A stretch of DNA of 64,000 bases from a virus, in IMG/VR virus record IMGVR_UViG_3300032116_000147, positions 4,966 through 68,965 of that record; one strand, given 5' to 3'. The notes below the pieces were generated by a model that was not told the origin of the DNA, searched no databases, and saw nothing but the letters and a program-made list of their open reading frames with translations. Positions 40,203 to 49,579 of the stretch are shown here, in pieces (the first letter of the stretch is position 1; each line of letters begins with the position of its first letter). Position numbers and translations under genes: made by a program.

Positions 40203-42361
40203 TATATGAAATTAGTAGGTATACAGAATGGTGCAAATTTTAATTTGGCTTGAGATGCCCCAAAATTTGCTCCAGTGGTTCCAACCATCGATGGTTGTGG
40301 TAACAAAGCGTAAGGAGATGTGTTACTAATCCTATACACTGAATTATCGTTTGTTACTAAATAGATTCTTGACGACTCTTCAAATATTGACGTAACTGTT
40401 TTTCCTGGCATTCCTGAAGTAATATTAATGTCAAATTCAAGTACCCCTGTAGAACTATATTGTAAAACTCTTTGAGATGGACTTGGACTTGGTGTACCAA
40501 CTAAAACAATAATTTTATTACTCGTATCTGTTACCATTATATCTTTGTTAGCTAAATAAGTTGGTGGTAGTGTTGTAATATCAGTAACTACTGCAGTTGT
40601 TGACGTAATGTTTAAAGATACAATTTTATTCGGTGATACCCCAAGGTTTGTACTATATAATACTGTATTAGAAAATGCGAAAAGAGAACCTAATGTTACA
40701 GGTGAAGTAATAATTCGATTTAACACAAATGACGGAGGACAAAGACTTATGTCATATTCCTCAATTGTTACATTATCAGCTCTAAGTAACCATAATTTAT
40801 CTGTTGAATTCGCAATATCATTATAACTGTTTGGAAAATTACCAAATAAAGTTAACGTATTAGATGATTGTTTGTATGATTGTACGTTAAAACCGAGACC
40901 GCCAGTAGTTGTACCACGGAAGGCTACGAAAGTTGAACAATCATCAAAACAAGGTAAACCTGAAGGTGTCGGGGTTAGTGTGTTTGTAGGGGTTAAAGTC
41001 ACAGTTGGCGTGACTGATAATGTTGGAGTATTTGTACTAGTAACAGTCGGTGTAATAGTTGTTGTTGGTGTTACCGATATTGTTGGAGTAACAGTTGGTG
41101 TTTGAGTCGGAGTTTTAGTAATAGTTGGTGTTACCGTTGGTGTTGGAGTGACAGTTGATGTTGTTGTCACAGTTGGTGTAATAGTTGGTGTTGGTGTCGG
41201 TGATGAACTTACAGGTATGTTTTCGAAACAATCCCCACAAGTGTTAAATATAGACGATTCAATACTGGTAAAATAATTTCCTAAAAAGAACGTATATGAA
41301 GACCCAGGTGGTAAACCAACAAAATTTGGAACACTAGTTAAGTATTGCCAACAATCACCTGTTGTTGTTTTTAAAACAGTTAAAGGTATTGTTGTAATAC
41401 TTGGTAATGTTTGAACAATATATTCAGTGGTAACCGCACAATTTCTAAATATGTAGAATAATGTTGACGGTAATGAAGTTGGTGGTGGTGTAACTGAAGG
41501 TGTTGGTGTTAATGTCGGTGTAGCGGTTGGTGACATAGAAATTTGAGGTACACAAAGATTACATTCATTTAAATTTGCGTATCCTAATGGACCCGAAACT
41601 AGGTCAATTATGTTTCCTCCGATAGTATTATCATTTTGACCGACATACCAAAGACATCTTGAAACACCATCTACAATAGCTTCGAATATCATATAAGTTG
41701 AAAGCGGCACACCTGACGGAGTTTCAACGACTGATGTTGTATAATACATAACACCATTACTACAATCTTGAAATTGTTTAGAACCTGGACAAAGAATTAC
41801 TGAGTCAACGGTTGTGAATGTAACGTCTCCTGAAAAATTACAATAATAAATTACTTCTGGAGTGATTGAAGGTGTTGGAGTTAATGTTGATGTAGGTGTT
41901 GGAGTATATGCAGATATACTCACATTAATACCAATTGATGGACAATAATTTGTTACCGATGGTGTTGGTGTTAATGTTGGGCTTGGAGTTTCTGTTGGAG
42001 TGTTACTTGGTGTTGGAGAAACTTCACAATCAAAAATTGCGGTAAAATCTAAAACATCACAATTAACTGTTGGGGATGGTGTTGGACTTGGACAATTTCC
42101 TGTTGAAAGATAAACATTACACAAGTCAGGACAATTAGAAATACATGGACTAGCCCCAAATAATATACAACTACCACCTAAAGAAGATGATAAACACCAA
42201 TATTCAGAAGTTCCGGTTACATAATAAATGAAGTTCCCATTTGTCATTCCTGACCAATATTCTTCACCATTAAAATAACCTGATAATTCATAGTTATCAT
42301 CTACATTAGTAATTTCAGTACCTGATATACAAAAATAATTAATTCCACAAACTAAAGGCAT
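40202..42361 (-). CDS. Cys-rich, Pro/Thr-repeat modular protein with probable C-terminal beta-propeller
   Basis: Several TPTPT/TPTVT linkers separating Cys modules; C-terminal ~240 aa of short beta-strand repeats. Confidence 0.7.
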   Translation of the reverse strand: MPLVCGINYFCISGTEITNVDDNYELSGYFNGEEYWSGMTNGNFIYYVTGTSEYWCLSSSLGGSCILFGASPCISNCPDLCNVYLSTGNCPSPTPSPTVNCDVLDFTAIFDCEVSPTPSNTPTETPSPTLTPTPSVTNYCPSIGINVSISAYTPTPTSTLTPTPSITPEVIYYCNFSGDVTFTTVDSVILCPGSKQFQDCSNGVMYYTTSVVETPSGVPLSTYMIFEAIVDGVSRCLWYVGQNDNTIGGNIIDLVSGPLGYANLNECNLCVPQISMSPTATPTLTPTPSVTPPPTSLPSTLFYIFRNCAVTTEYIVQTLPSITTIPLTVLKTTTGDCWQYLTSVPNFVGLPPGSSYTFFLGNYFTSIESSIFNTCGDCFENIPVSSSPTPTPTITPTVTTTSTVTPTPTVTPTITKTPTQTPTVTPTISVTPTTTITPTVTSTNTPTLSVTPTVTLTPTNTLTPTPSGLPCFDDCSTFVAFRGTTTGGLGFNVQSYKQSSNTLTLFGNFPNSYNDIANSTDKLWLLRADNVTIEEYDISLCPPSFVLNRIITSPVTLGSLFAFSNTVLYSTNLGVSPNKIVSLNITSTTAVVTDITTLPPTYLANKDIMVTDTSNKIIVLVGTPSPSPSQRVLQYSSTGVLEFDINITSGMPGKTVTSIFEESSRIYLVTNDNSVYRISNTSPYALLPQPSMVGTTGANFGASQAKLKFAPFCIPTNFI

Positions 42362-42362
42362 A

Positions 42363-42578
42363 TTACGGGGTTAAAATTGTTATTGTTTCGCAGTCATTAT
42401 TATCTATGACTTTTATGTTAAAATCGTCTTGACCATCTAAAATAATCGGTACGTCAAAACTATATGGGGTTGAAGAAATAGTGTTAATGTAAATACAAGT
42501 TGTTATAGGATTATCGCAAAGATAAATATCAAACGGACTTGTACCCGAAATACCGTTTATTGTGATAGTTGTTGGCAT
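42363..42578 (-). CDS. Small protein paralogous to the N-terminal domain of the LRR protein
   Basis: ITINGISGTSPFDIYLCD...C...IKVIDNNDC aligns with ITLTNITGLNNPYSIYTCD...C...ILIVTSDGC; TATTTAT on the minus strand at 42596-42602. Confidence 0.8.
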   Translation of the reverse strand: MPTTITINGISGTSPFDIYLCDNPITTCIYINTISSTPYSFDVPIILDGQDDFNIKVIDNNDCETITILTP

Positions 42579-42628
42579 TTTATAATATTATTTCAATAAA
42601 TATAAGTTCAAGCAAAAACTTGTGAAGG

Positions 42629-42657
42629 TTGATAAACTTATTATTTTAACTTATCTT
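42629..42657 (+). promoter_or_regulatory. Putative sigma70-type promoter for primase
   Basis: TTGATA-17 nt-TATCTT just before ATG 42665. Confidence 0.45.
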
Positions 42658-42664
42658 ATAGTTT

Positions 42665-43567
42665 ATGACTGACGAAAAAGAAATAATTGTTGAATTACTC
42701 ACAGAGTTATTTGGAAAACACAAACAACACTATGAATCCAAAGGTCAAATAGCGTTCAATTGTCCCGTTTGTGATGAGGAAAGGAATAAAGGTAATTTGG
42801 AAGTAAATTATTTTGACCACGTTTTTAAATGTTGGAGTTGTGGTGATACTAGTGGGATGAGAGGTCCTTTAGGTCGATTAGTTGAAAAGTATGGTAATAA
42901 AAAACAAGTAAAAATTTACAAAGTTTTTGCACCTGAAAAAAATGAGGAAGTAAAAAAAGAAAAACCAAAACTTGTTTTACCTGAAAGTTTTACTTTATTT
43001 AAAGATTCTCACCCAAGATATCCAGTGAGATTACAAGCTTACAATTATTTGAAAACAAGAGGTATTGATGATACAATCATAGAAAAATATAATATTGGTT
43101 TTTGTGATAAAGGTTCTCATATGGGACGTATAATTGTTCCATCTTACGATAAGAAAAATGAACTAAATTATTATATTGCTCGTAGTTGGAATCTAACAAC
43201 AAAGTCAAAATATAAAAATCCTGAAGCTGAGAAAGATAAAATCATCTTCAATGAACACTTGATAGATTGGAAAAAAGATATTTTTTTGGTTGAAGGGGTT
43301 TTTGACGGATTTTTTTTAGATAATAGTATACCAATGTTGGGTAAACATTTGAGTGAGTTACTTTTTACAACAATATATGAAAAGGCTAAAGGTGATATTA
43401 TTCTTGCTCTTGATGGTGATGCATTTAATGATACAGTTAAATTATATAGAGAATTAAATGGTGGTTCGTTGTACGGTAGAATTAAGATTGTAAAACTACC
43501 AAAAGACAAAGATGTTTGTGACTTAAAAGGACAAATAGATAAATTTTACATAGAAATTAAAGATTAA
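42665..43567 (+). CDS. DNA primase (Zn finger + TOPRIM)
   Basis: CPVC..CWSC, YLKTRGI, GRIIVP, KYKNP, LVEGVFD, LALDGDA, KDVCD. Confidence 0.92.
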   Translation: MTDEKEIIVELLTELFGKHKQHYESKGQIAFNCPVCDEERNKGNLEVNYFDHVFKCWSCGDTSGMRGPLGRLVEKYGNKKQVKIYKVFAPEKNEEVKKEKPKLVLPESFTLFKDSHPRYPVRLQAYNYLKTRGIDDTIIEKYNIGFCDKGSHMGRIIVPSYDKKNELNYYIARSWNLTTKSKYKNPEAEKDKIIFNEHLIDWKKDIFLVEGVFDGFFLDNSIPMLGKHLSELLFTTIYEKAKGDIILALDGDAFNDTVKLYRELNGGSLYGRIKIVKLPKDKDVCDLKGQIDKFYIEIKD

Positions 43568-44424
43568 TGAATTTAAAAAATATTGCGGTTGAAATCAGAG
43601 AAATTTTAGAAAACAGAAGAAATGAAATTGATTTGACTTTCATAGAGGAAGACCACAAATATTTCATGAAGAATAAAGACGGTGAAATTAGAAGTGATTT
43701 CCCATCAGTATCAAAAGTTATGAAATTATTTTATGATGAATTCCCAACAGAGGAGATTGCTGAGAAGAAATCAAAAGGAGACCCGGTAGTTAAACAACAA
43801 CTGATTGAGGAGTGGGAAGCTGCTGGAACATACTCAACAAATATGGGTAGTCGGGTACACTACTTTTTAGAACAAAATACTATTGGTTTATTTGGTAACT
43901 ATAAAACAGTTAGACAACCAATTTTTGATTGTGACTTTACTCAAATACTGAAGGGTGATAGTATGATTTCTGCGGGAAAAAATTACTTAAAACTAATGAT
44001 AGAAAGAGGTGCTGAATTGTTAGATACCGAAATTGTTTTAGGAGACCCTGATTTAGGTTATACTGGACAACCCGATAAAGTGTGGTTAATACCAAATAAA
44101 ACAGGTGATGAAATTGGTTTAATAATAACAGACTGGAAAACAAATAAAAAGAAAAACTTTGAAGAAAATTATTTTACCAAAAAAATGAAGTTTCCATTTG
44201 TTGATTTACCGAATAATGCTTTGGGTCACTATTTTATTCAACTTCCACTTTACGGAAAGTTAATTTTAAAGATGTTAGAGGGAACCAAATATGAAAAAAT
44301 TAGGATATACGGTGGAATAGTTGTACTTTTGAAAGATGATGGTGATTATGAAGAGTTTCGTATACCGAAACAAACATTAACCACAGTATTAGAAATGGAT
44401 ATTTGTAAATTTTTAAAAAAATAA
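43567..44424 (+). CDS. PD-(D/E)xK superfamily exonuclease
   Basis: PSVS, GSRVH, TE, GQPDKV, ITDWKTNK, QLPLY motifs. Confidence 0.85.
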   Translation: MNLKNIAVEIREILENRRNEIDLTFIEEDHKYFMKNKDGEIRSDFPSVSKVMKLFYDEFPTEEIAEKKSKGDPVVKQQLIEEWEAAGTYSTNMGSRVHYFLEQNTIGLFGNYKTVRQPIFDCDFTQILKGDSMISAGKNYLKLMIERGAELLDTEIVLGDPDLGYTGQPDKVWLIPNKTGDEIGLIITDWKTNKKKNFEENYFTKKMKFPFVDLPNNALGHYFIQLPLYGKLILKMLEGTKYEKIRIYGGIVVLLKDDGDYEEFRIPKQTLTTVLEMDICKFLKK

Positions 44425-44429
44425 TAACT

Positions 44430-44975
44430 ATGAAAACTTTCAACACTTTATTAATTGCGTCTCTCTCAGTTCTTGTTGTTAACGCTTCATTTAATCTTGA
44501 AAGACCAAATCCTGAACCTGTGAAACCAAAGACACATGCTGAAAGAATGTATGACGCAATTACATTTTATGCTGACTCTTTTAAGGTTCCAATTAATATC
44601 GCATTTAATGTTGCTTACATGGAAACAACTTATAGAGGTCCTCATGATACACTATATGTTCATAATAAAACATCTAAAGCGGGTGCGGTAGGTCCAATGC
44701 AGATTATGCCACAATACGCATCACATTATGCGGGGTTTAACGTTACAAAAAAACAACTAAGAGATTCTTTAGAGTTAAATGTCATGATTTCCATGAAAAT
44801 TCTATCAAGTAATTACAGGAAAACAAAAAATTGGATGAGAGCGTTGGGAAAATATAATACTGGTAAACCATGTGTTAACAGATATGCTAAAAAAGGTGTT
44901 ATTGAGGATTATAAAAAGAATTGGATTTCACCAAAATTGATTAACAAAATTGACCTTGTTGATTTAACGAAATAA
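44430..44975 (+). CDS. Lytic transglycosylase (SLT family) with N-terminal hydrophobic signal
   Basis: Catalytic ET, GAVGPMQIMP, ALGKYNTG; N-terminal LLIASLSVLVVNA. Confidence 0.85.
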   Translation: MKTFNTLLIASLSVLVVNASFNLERPNPEPVKPKTHAERMYDAITFYADSFKVPINIAFNVAYMETTYRGPHDTLYVHNKTSKAGAVGPMQIMPQYASHYAGFNVTKKQLRDSLELNVMISMKILSSNYRKTKNWMRALGKYNTGKPCVNRYAKKGVIEDYKKNWISPKLINKIDLVDLTK

Positions 44976-44987
44976 AAGTATTATAAT
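44959..44987 (+). promoter_or_regulatory. Sigma70-type promoter
   Basis: TTGATT-17 nt-TATAAT before ATG 45003. Confidence 0.6.
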
Positions 44988-45002
44988 TAATAAAAAAATA
45001 GT

Positions 45003-45227
45003 ATGGATAGTTTAGATTTAAGACCCAAAATTGATTTAAAGCAACAACCTACCGTTACCTGTAGTAAATGTGGTAGTAAGTTCTTTAAAGAGGTAGTACT
45101 GATTAAGAAAGTACCTGCATTATTAACAGGAAATAGTGAGGATACATTAGTCCCTTTCCCAACTTACAGATGTGATGATTGTGGACATGTTGATGAAGAT
45201 TTTGATTTATTCACTAATGATAAATAA
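45003..45227 (+). CDS. Small zinc-ribbon protein
   Basis: CSKCG...CDDCGH. Confidence 0.75.
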   Translation: MDSLDLRPKIDLKQQPTVTCSKCGSKFFKEVVLIKKVPALLTGNSEDTLVPFPTYRCDDCGHVDEDFDLFTNDK

Positions 45228-45996
45228 AGTAGTACACTTTTCAGATTTACATATTCGTCTTTTTAAAGACCATGAACTTTATCGTAGTATTGTTCAAGAT
45301 ATGTTAAATCAGTTTACTGAACTCAAACCTGATAGAATAGTTTTCACAGGTGATTTAGTACACTCAAAAAACCAAATGACACCTGAATTAATTGAAATGG
45401 TATCTTGGGTTTTAAACGAATGTTCTAAAATCTCTAAAACTGTTTTGATTATTGGTAATCATGATTTTCTTGAGAATAATATGTCAAGGTTAGATGCTTT
45501 AACACCAATCATTGATTCACTACAAAATGATAACATTGTTTATTATAAAAATAGAGGTGTTTATTCTGATGAAAATATTGAATGGGTTGTTTACTCACTT
45601 ATGGACCACAACATACCACCCGATATTCAAAAATCCGATAAAGTAAAAATTGGATTGTTTCACGGACCAGTACAAGGATTAACTACAGATATTGGATATA
45701 AATTCGAATCAGGATTTGAATCGGATAAATTTGATGGGTGTGATTTAGTTTTTTGTGGGGATATTCATAAAAGACAAGTTTTTAATATTCCTGGTGGTAA
45801 GAAAGCATATATGGTTGGTTCAACCATCCAACAAAACTATGGAGAAACCATTAAGAAACACGGATATGGTATATATGATGTGACAAGTGATACTTACAAA
45901 TTTGTAGATTTAGAAAACCCTAAACCATTCCTTTCGTTTAAAATGAAATCTTTTGAGGATATCGTTAACGGAACTGAAAAACTTTCAAATTATTAA
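45217..45996 (+). CDS. Mre11/SbcD/gp47-like metallophosphoesterase nuclease
   Basis: HFSDLH, TGDLVH, IGNHD, LFHG, GDIHKRQ, GSTIQQNYGE; start moved to the in-frame ATG at 45217. Confidence 0.9.
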   Translation: MINKVVHFSDLHIRLFKDHELYRSIVQDMLNQFTELKPDRIVFTGDLVHSKNQMTPELIEMVSWVLNECSKISKTVLIIGNHDFLENNMSRLDALTPIIDSLQNDNIVYYKNRGVYSDENIEWVVYSLMDHNIPPDIQKSDKVKIGLFHGPVQGLTTDIGYKFESGFESDKFDGCDLVFCGDIHKRQVFNIPGGKKAYMVGSTIQQNYGETIKKHGYGIYDVTSDTYKFVDLENPKPFLSFKMKSFEDIVNGTEKLSNY

Positions 45997-46611
45997 ATGT
46001 ACTCGGTTGAGATAAAAAATAATAAAGAAATTTATGACTTCTGTATGTTAAATGGTATTACAGATATCAATAAATTTATTCAGGAATGTTTTAAACAAGG
46101 GTTTGATATTAGGAAGTATGGACTTATAGGTGGAGAACAAGAAAAACAGGTGGAAATTGAGGTAATTCGAGAAATACCTGTTGAAGTCATCAAAGAAGTT
46201 GAGGTAATTAAAGAAGTTCCTGTTGAAGTTGTTAAGGAGATACCTGTTGAAAAGATTGTTATACAAGAGGTTGTGAGGGAAGTTCCTGTTGAAATAATTG
46301 TTGAAAAAATAATTAAAGTTTCGGATGATACTCAAATAAATGAACTGTTGTTAAAAATACAACAGTTGGAAAATAGACAACCAGAAATAGTAGAAATAAT
46401 AAAAGAAGTTCCGATTGAGAAGATTGTTGAGGTCGAAGTTAAAGATAATAAAACACAACTTTTACAAGAAACTTTAATGATATTGAGGTCGGAAATTTCT
46501 GATAAAACAAAAAAAATAGAAGAATTAGAAAATAAAATAAAAACTTTGGAATCAAACGTAAGTCAACCGGCTCATTATTTACGAGGTTCCAGTTTAAACC
46601 AAAAAATATAA
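45997..46611 (+). CDS. Hypothetical protein with EVIKEVPVE repeats and coiled coil
   Basis: Multiple (E/K)(V/I)xxE(V/I)PVE repeats. Confidence 0.75.
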   Translation: MYSVEIKNNKEIYDFCMLNGITDINKFIQECFKQGFDIRKYGLIGGEQEKQVEIEVIREIPVEVIKEVEVIKEVPVEVVKEIPVEKIVIQEVVREVPVEIIVEKIIKVSDDTQINELLLKIQQLENRQPEIVEIIKEVPIEKIVEVEVKDNKTQLLQETLMILRSEISDKTKKIEELENKIKTLESNVSQPAHYLRGSSLNQKI

Positions 46612-46612
46612 T

Positions 46613-46963
46613 ATGAATACATTAGCTTGGATTTTAATTGCATATGGAATGACTAACATTTTAGTTTACGGTTCCATTTTTAATAAACAAAGAAATTTCA
46701 TTCACAAATGGGGTGATAATGAAATTGCACCTTTTCAGGGATTGGGTAAGTTTATATCAGGTCTTATTTCTTGTGTCATGTGTACAAGTACATGGGTTGG
46801 ATTTTTTCTATCTTTAATATTCTTTTCTCCTGTGAAAGAATTGTTTGATACAAACGAATTTTTGTCTATATTTTTTGACGGGATGTTAGCATCAGGTTCA
46901 GTATGGGCTTTGAACGCAATAATTGAATGGTTTGAGGTAAACCGACCAGCTAAAATAGATTAA
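46613..46963 (+). CDS. Membrane protein, DUF1360-like
   Basis: Three hydrophobic segments with LISCVMCTSTWVG motif. Confidence 0.65.
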   Translation: MNTLAWILIAYGMTNILVYGSIFNKQRNFIHKWGDNEIAPFQGLGKFISGLISCVMCTSTWVGFFLSLIFFSPVKELFDTNEFLSIFFDGMLASGSVWALNAIIEWFEVNRPAKID

Positions 46964-46981
46964 TTTTAAAACCAAATATAT

Positions 46982-47173
46982 ATGCCAGTATCTAAAAAAA
47001 GAGGTGGAGCAAAAACCCACAGATTGCGAGTTAAGAAAAGAAACATTAACTTAACTAACGCCAAAACAAACTTCCAAAAACAATACACAAAATTGATGGA
47101 AGAAAAATTGGAAGAAATGAAAAGTAAATTTTCAGCTGAAACTGAAACAAACAACGTTTCTGAAAATGACTAA
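46982..47173 (+). CDS. Small basic hypothetical protein
   Basis: MPVSKKRGGAKTHR...; fills the gap in the operon. Confidence 0.65.
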   Translation: MPVSKKRGGAKTHRLRVKKRNINLTNAKTNFQKQYTKLMEEKLEEMKSKFSAETETNNVSEND

Positions 47174-47175
47174 TA

Positions 47176-49551
47176 ATGGATTTGTTTAATCCACCCCCAA
47201 CTTTAAATTATTTACATATGACTCATGATTTAGATTTGAGTAAGCTTGACAACCCATATATACAAGTTGTATGGGAGGATTTTGCTGAAAATTTTACACA
47301 AGAAAAAATAAAAAGTGTTAGACAATACTTTCAAAAGAAGTATCAGTCAACAAATATTAACGTAATTACTAAAACAAAAAGTGCTGATGAAGAGTCAGTT
47401 CATAACGTTGATATTTCATTTAATATTTTAGATAAAAATTATCAGTTAGAGTTAGTTAAATCTTTCCTCAATTCTAAATCAAATGAGGGTCTATATGATG
47501 ATATAATAAAGTTGGATAATGCGGTTGATAGTAAACTTATCCTTAATCAAACTGAAGTAACACCATTCAAAAGATGGTTTATTAAAAACATTGAGTTTTC
47601 AAATTTCTTATCTTATGGTGAAGGTCAGAAAATTGATTTTGATAAATGTGATGGTATTTCAGTTGTTGAATCAAACCCGCCTAACTTTGGTGGTAAGACC
47701 GTTCTTTCTGTTGATTTATTATTGTTCTTATTCTTTAACGAGACAACAAAAACCACAAAGGCTGAAGAAATCTTTAATAGATTTACCGATAAAAACTCGG
47801 TAATTGTTAAAGGTGAGGTCACAATTGATGGGGAAGATTACATTATCGTTAGAAAGATAGAAAGAAAATTATCACGAAGTAATGAATGGAATGTGAAAAC
47901 TGAATTAGATTTTTTCAAAAAATTATCTGATGGAAGTTTACAAAATTTTACAGGTGAACAAAGACGTGAAACCGAAAGTTTTATTAAAACATCCATTGGC
48001 TCAAAGGAAGATTTTTTGATGACAATTCTTACTACTGCTACTAATTTGGAGGATTTAATTGATTCTAAACCTACAGCTCGTGGACAAGTCCTTTCACGTT
48101 TTATGGGGTTAGATTTTTTAAAGAAAAAAGAAGAAGCCGCTAAAGAGATTTATTCTGAGTTTTCAAAATCAATGTTATCCAATGTTTATAACAGTGAACA
48201 ACTTAAAAATGAAATTCAAGATAACATTGAAAAAATTGAGTTAATTAAAGAAAATAATTCAGAACTTGATAAATCTTTAAGTGATGTAATTGATAGAATC
48301 GGTAAGGGTCAACAGTATCGGGATAATTTATTGAAAAGTAAATTTACTGATATTGATAAAGAAATTAGTTTACTACAACCTGATAAGGTTAATAATGAAA
48401 TTAGTTCAATTAACTTACAAAAATCTAATGTTGTAAATCAACTCAACGAAATTAAAGTTATCGAACCTACTCAATTTTATCATGAGGACCAACATGATAA
48501 AGTTAAAGAAGAATATAAAGATTATTATAAACAAAAAATTGAAGTTGAGACAAACATTTCAAGTATTGAAAAGTTAAAGAGTTCTGTAAGTGGTGGAATC
48601 AAATGTGAACACTGTGGAATTGAATTAATGAATGCGGCGATTACCCAAACAAGAATTGCTGAACTTGACGGACTTATCATACATAAAACCCAAATTGAGG
48701 GGTTAATGACAGATTTGAATGTCAAAGAACAGGCTTTTGTTCAGTTAAAGAAAGACTTTGATGAATATGAAAAAAACAAGTTAATCAAAGAAAAATATGA
48801 ATTGAGTATTGAAAGTTTTGATTTGAAAATTGAAAATTTAAAAAACAAACTTATCAAATATCAAGAAATTCAACATAAGATTTCCGAAAATACTAAGATT
48901 GATTCTCAATTAATTAAAGCGGGTATGAGATTAGATGAACTTGAGGTTGAAAAGAAAGGTATTGAAGTTAAAATTAATACTAATAACTTTACAATAAAGA
49001 ACTTTGAAGATAAGAATGAATCCAATGGTAAGTTAATTGTTAAGATTAAAGAAGAATCTGAAAAAGAGAAAATTTACAAAATATATTTAGAGATTTTTGG
49101 TAAAAATGGAATTTCTAAAATTATAATGAAAACTATGATGCCTTTGATAAATTCTGAATTACAAAGATTATTGGAAGATAGTTCACATTTTAGATTAGAG
49201 ATTAGAATCAGTGATAAAAATGAAGTGGAATTCATTATGATTGATAATAACACTCAAGTTGAGAAATTAATGGCCTCAGGTTCAGGTTATGAAAGAACCA
49301 TAGCGTCATTAGCATTAAGAGCGGTTTTAAGTAAGATTTGTTCTTTACCTAAACCAAATATTATTGTTTTTGATGAGGTTTTCGGTAAAATATCAAATGA
49401 TAATTTAGATATGGTTTCTGAGTTTTTTACAAAAATTAAAGAATACTTTGAAAAGATTTTTGTCATAACTCACAATCCTTTAGTAACTAACTGGTCTGAT
49501 AATGTGATTAAAATTAAGAAAATTGATAACATTAGTTTTGTAACTCAATAA
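47176..49551 (+). CDS. Rad50/SbcC/gp46-like SMC ATPase with N-terminal extension
   Basis: IEFSNFLSYG, Walker A NFGGKT, zinc hook CEHC, signature SGYER, Walker B VFDEVFG, VITHN. Confidence 0.92.
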   Translation: MDLFNPPPTLNYLHMTHDLDLSKLDNPYIQVVWEDFAENFTQEKIKSVRQYFQKKYQSTNINVITKTKSADEESVHNVDISFNILDKNYQLELVKSFLNSKSNEGLYDDIIKLDNAVDSKLILNQTEVTPFKRWFIKNIEFSNFLSYGEGQKIDFDKCDGISVVESNPPNFGGKTVLSVDLLLFLFFNETTKTTKAEEIFNRFTDKNSVIVKGEVTIDGEDYIIVRKIERKLSRSNEWNVKTELDFFKKLSDGSLQNFTGEQRRETESFIKTSIGSKEDFLMTILTTATNLEDLIDSKPTARGQVLSRFMGLDFLKKKEEAAKEIYSEFSKSMLSNVYNSEQLKNEIQDNIEKIELIKENNSELDKSLSDVIDRIGKGQQYRDNLLKSKFTDIDKEISLLQPDKVNNEISSINLQKSNVVNQLNEIKVIEPTQFYHEDQHDKVKEEYKDYYKQKIEVETNISSIEKLKSSVSGGIKCEHCGIELMNAAITQTRIAELDGLIIHKTQIEGLMTDLNVKEQAFVQLKKDFDEYEKNKLIKEKYELSIESFDLKIENLKNKLIKYQEIQHKISENTKIDSQLIKAGMRLDELEVEKKGIEVKINTNNFTIKNFEDKNESNGKLIVKIKEESEKEKIYKIYLEIFGKNGISKIIMKTMMPLINSELQRLLEDSSHFRLEIRISDKNEVEFIMIDNNTQVEKLMASGSGYERTIASLALRAVLSKICSLPKPNIIVFDEVFGKISNDNLDMVSEFFTKIKEYFEKIFVITHNPLVTNWSDNVIKIKKIDNISFVTQ

Positions 49552-49579
49552 GTTTACGTATATTAGCAAAAAAATATTT

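Noticed and set aside
40960-41210. CRISPR array or non-coding tandem repeat (GTTGGTGT units)
   Set aside because: These are codons of the Thr-Pro linker of the minus-strand gene; no constant repeat with unique spacers.
30537-42578. Diversity-generating retroelement or invertible shufflon acting on fibre genes
   Set aside because: No reverse transcriptase or recombinase in the window, no TR/VR pair noticed, and no inverted repeats flanking the cassette. The ATTA(T/C)GGGGTTA match at 38291 and 42362 reflects two proteins both ending in Thr-Pro-stop.
43567-44424. Cas4 / CRISPR-associated gene
   Set aside because: Lacks the four Fe-S cysteines and there is no array or other cas gene; a generic PD-(D/E)xK nuclease beside primase.
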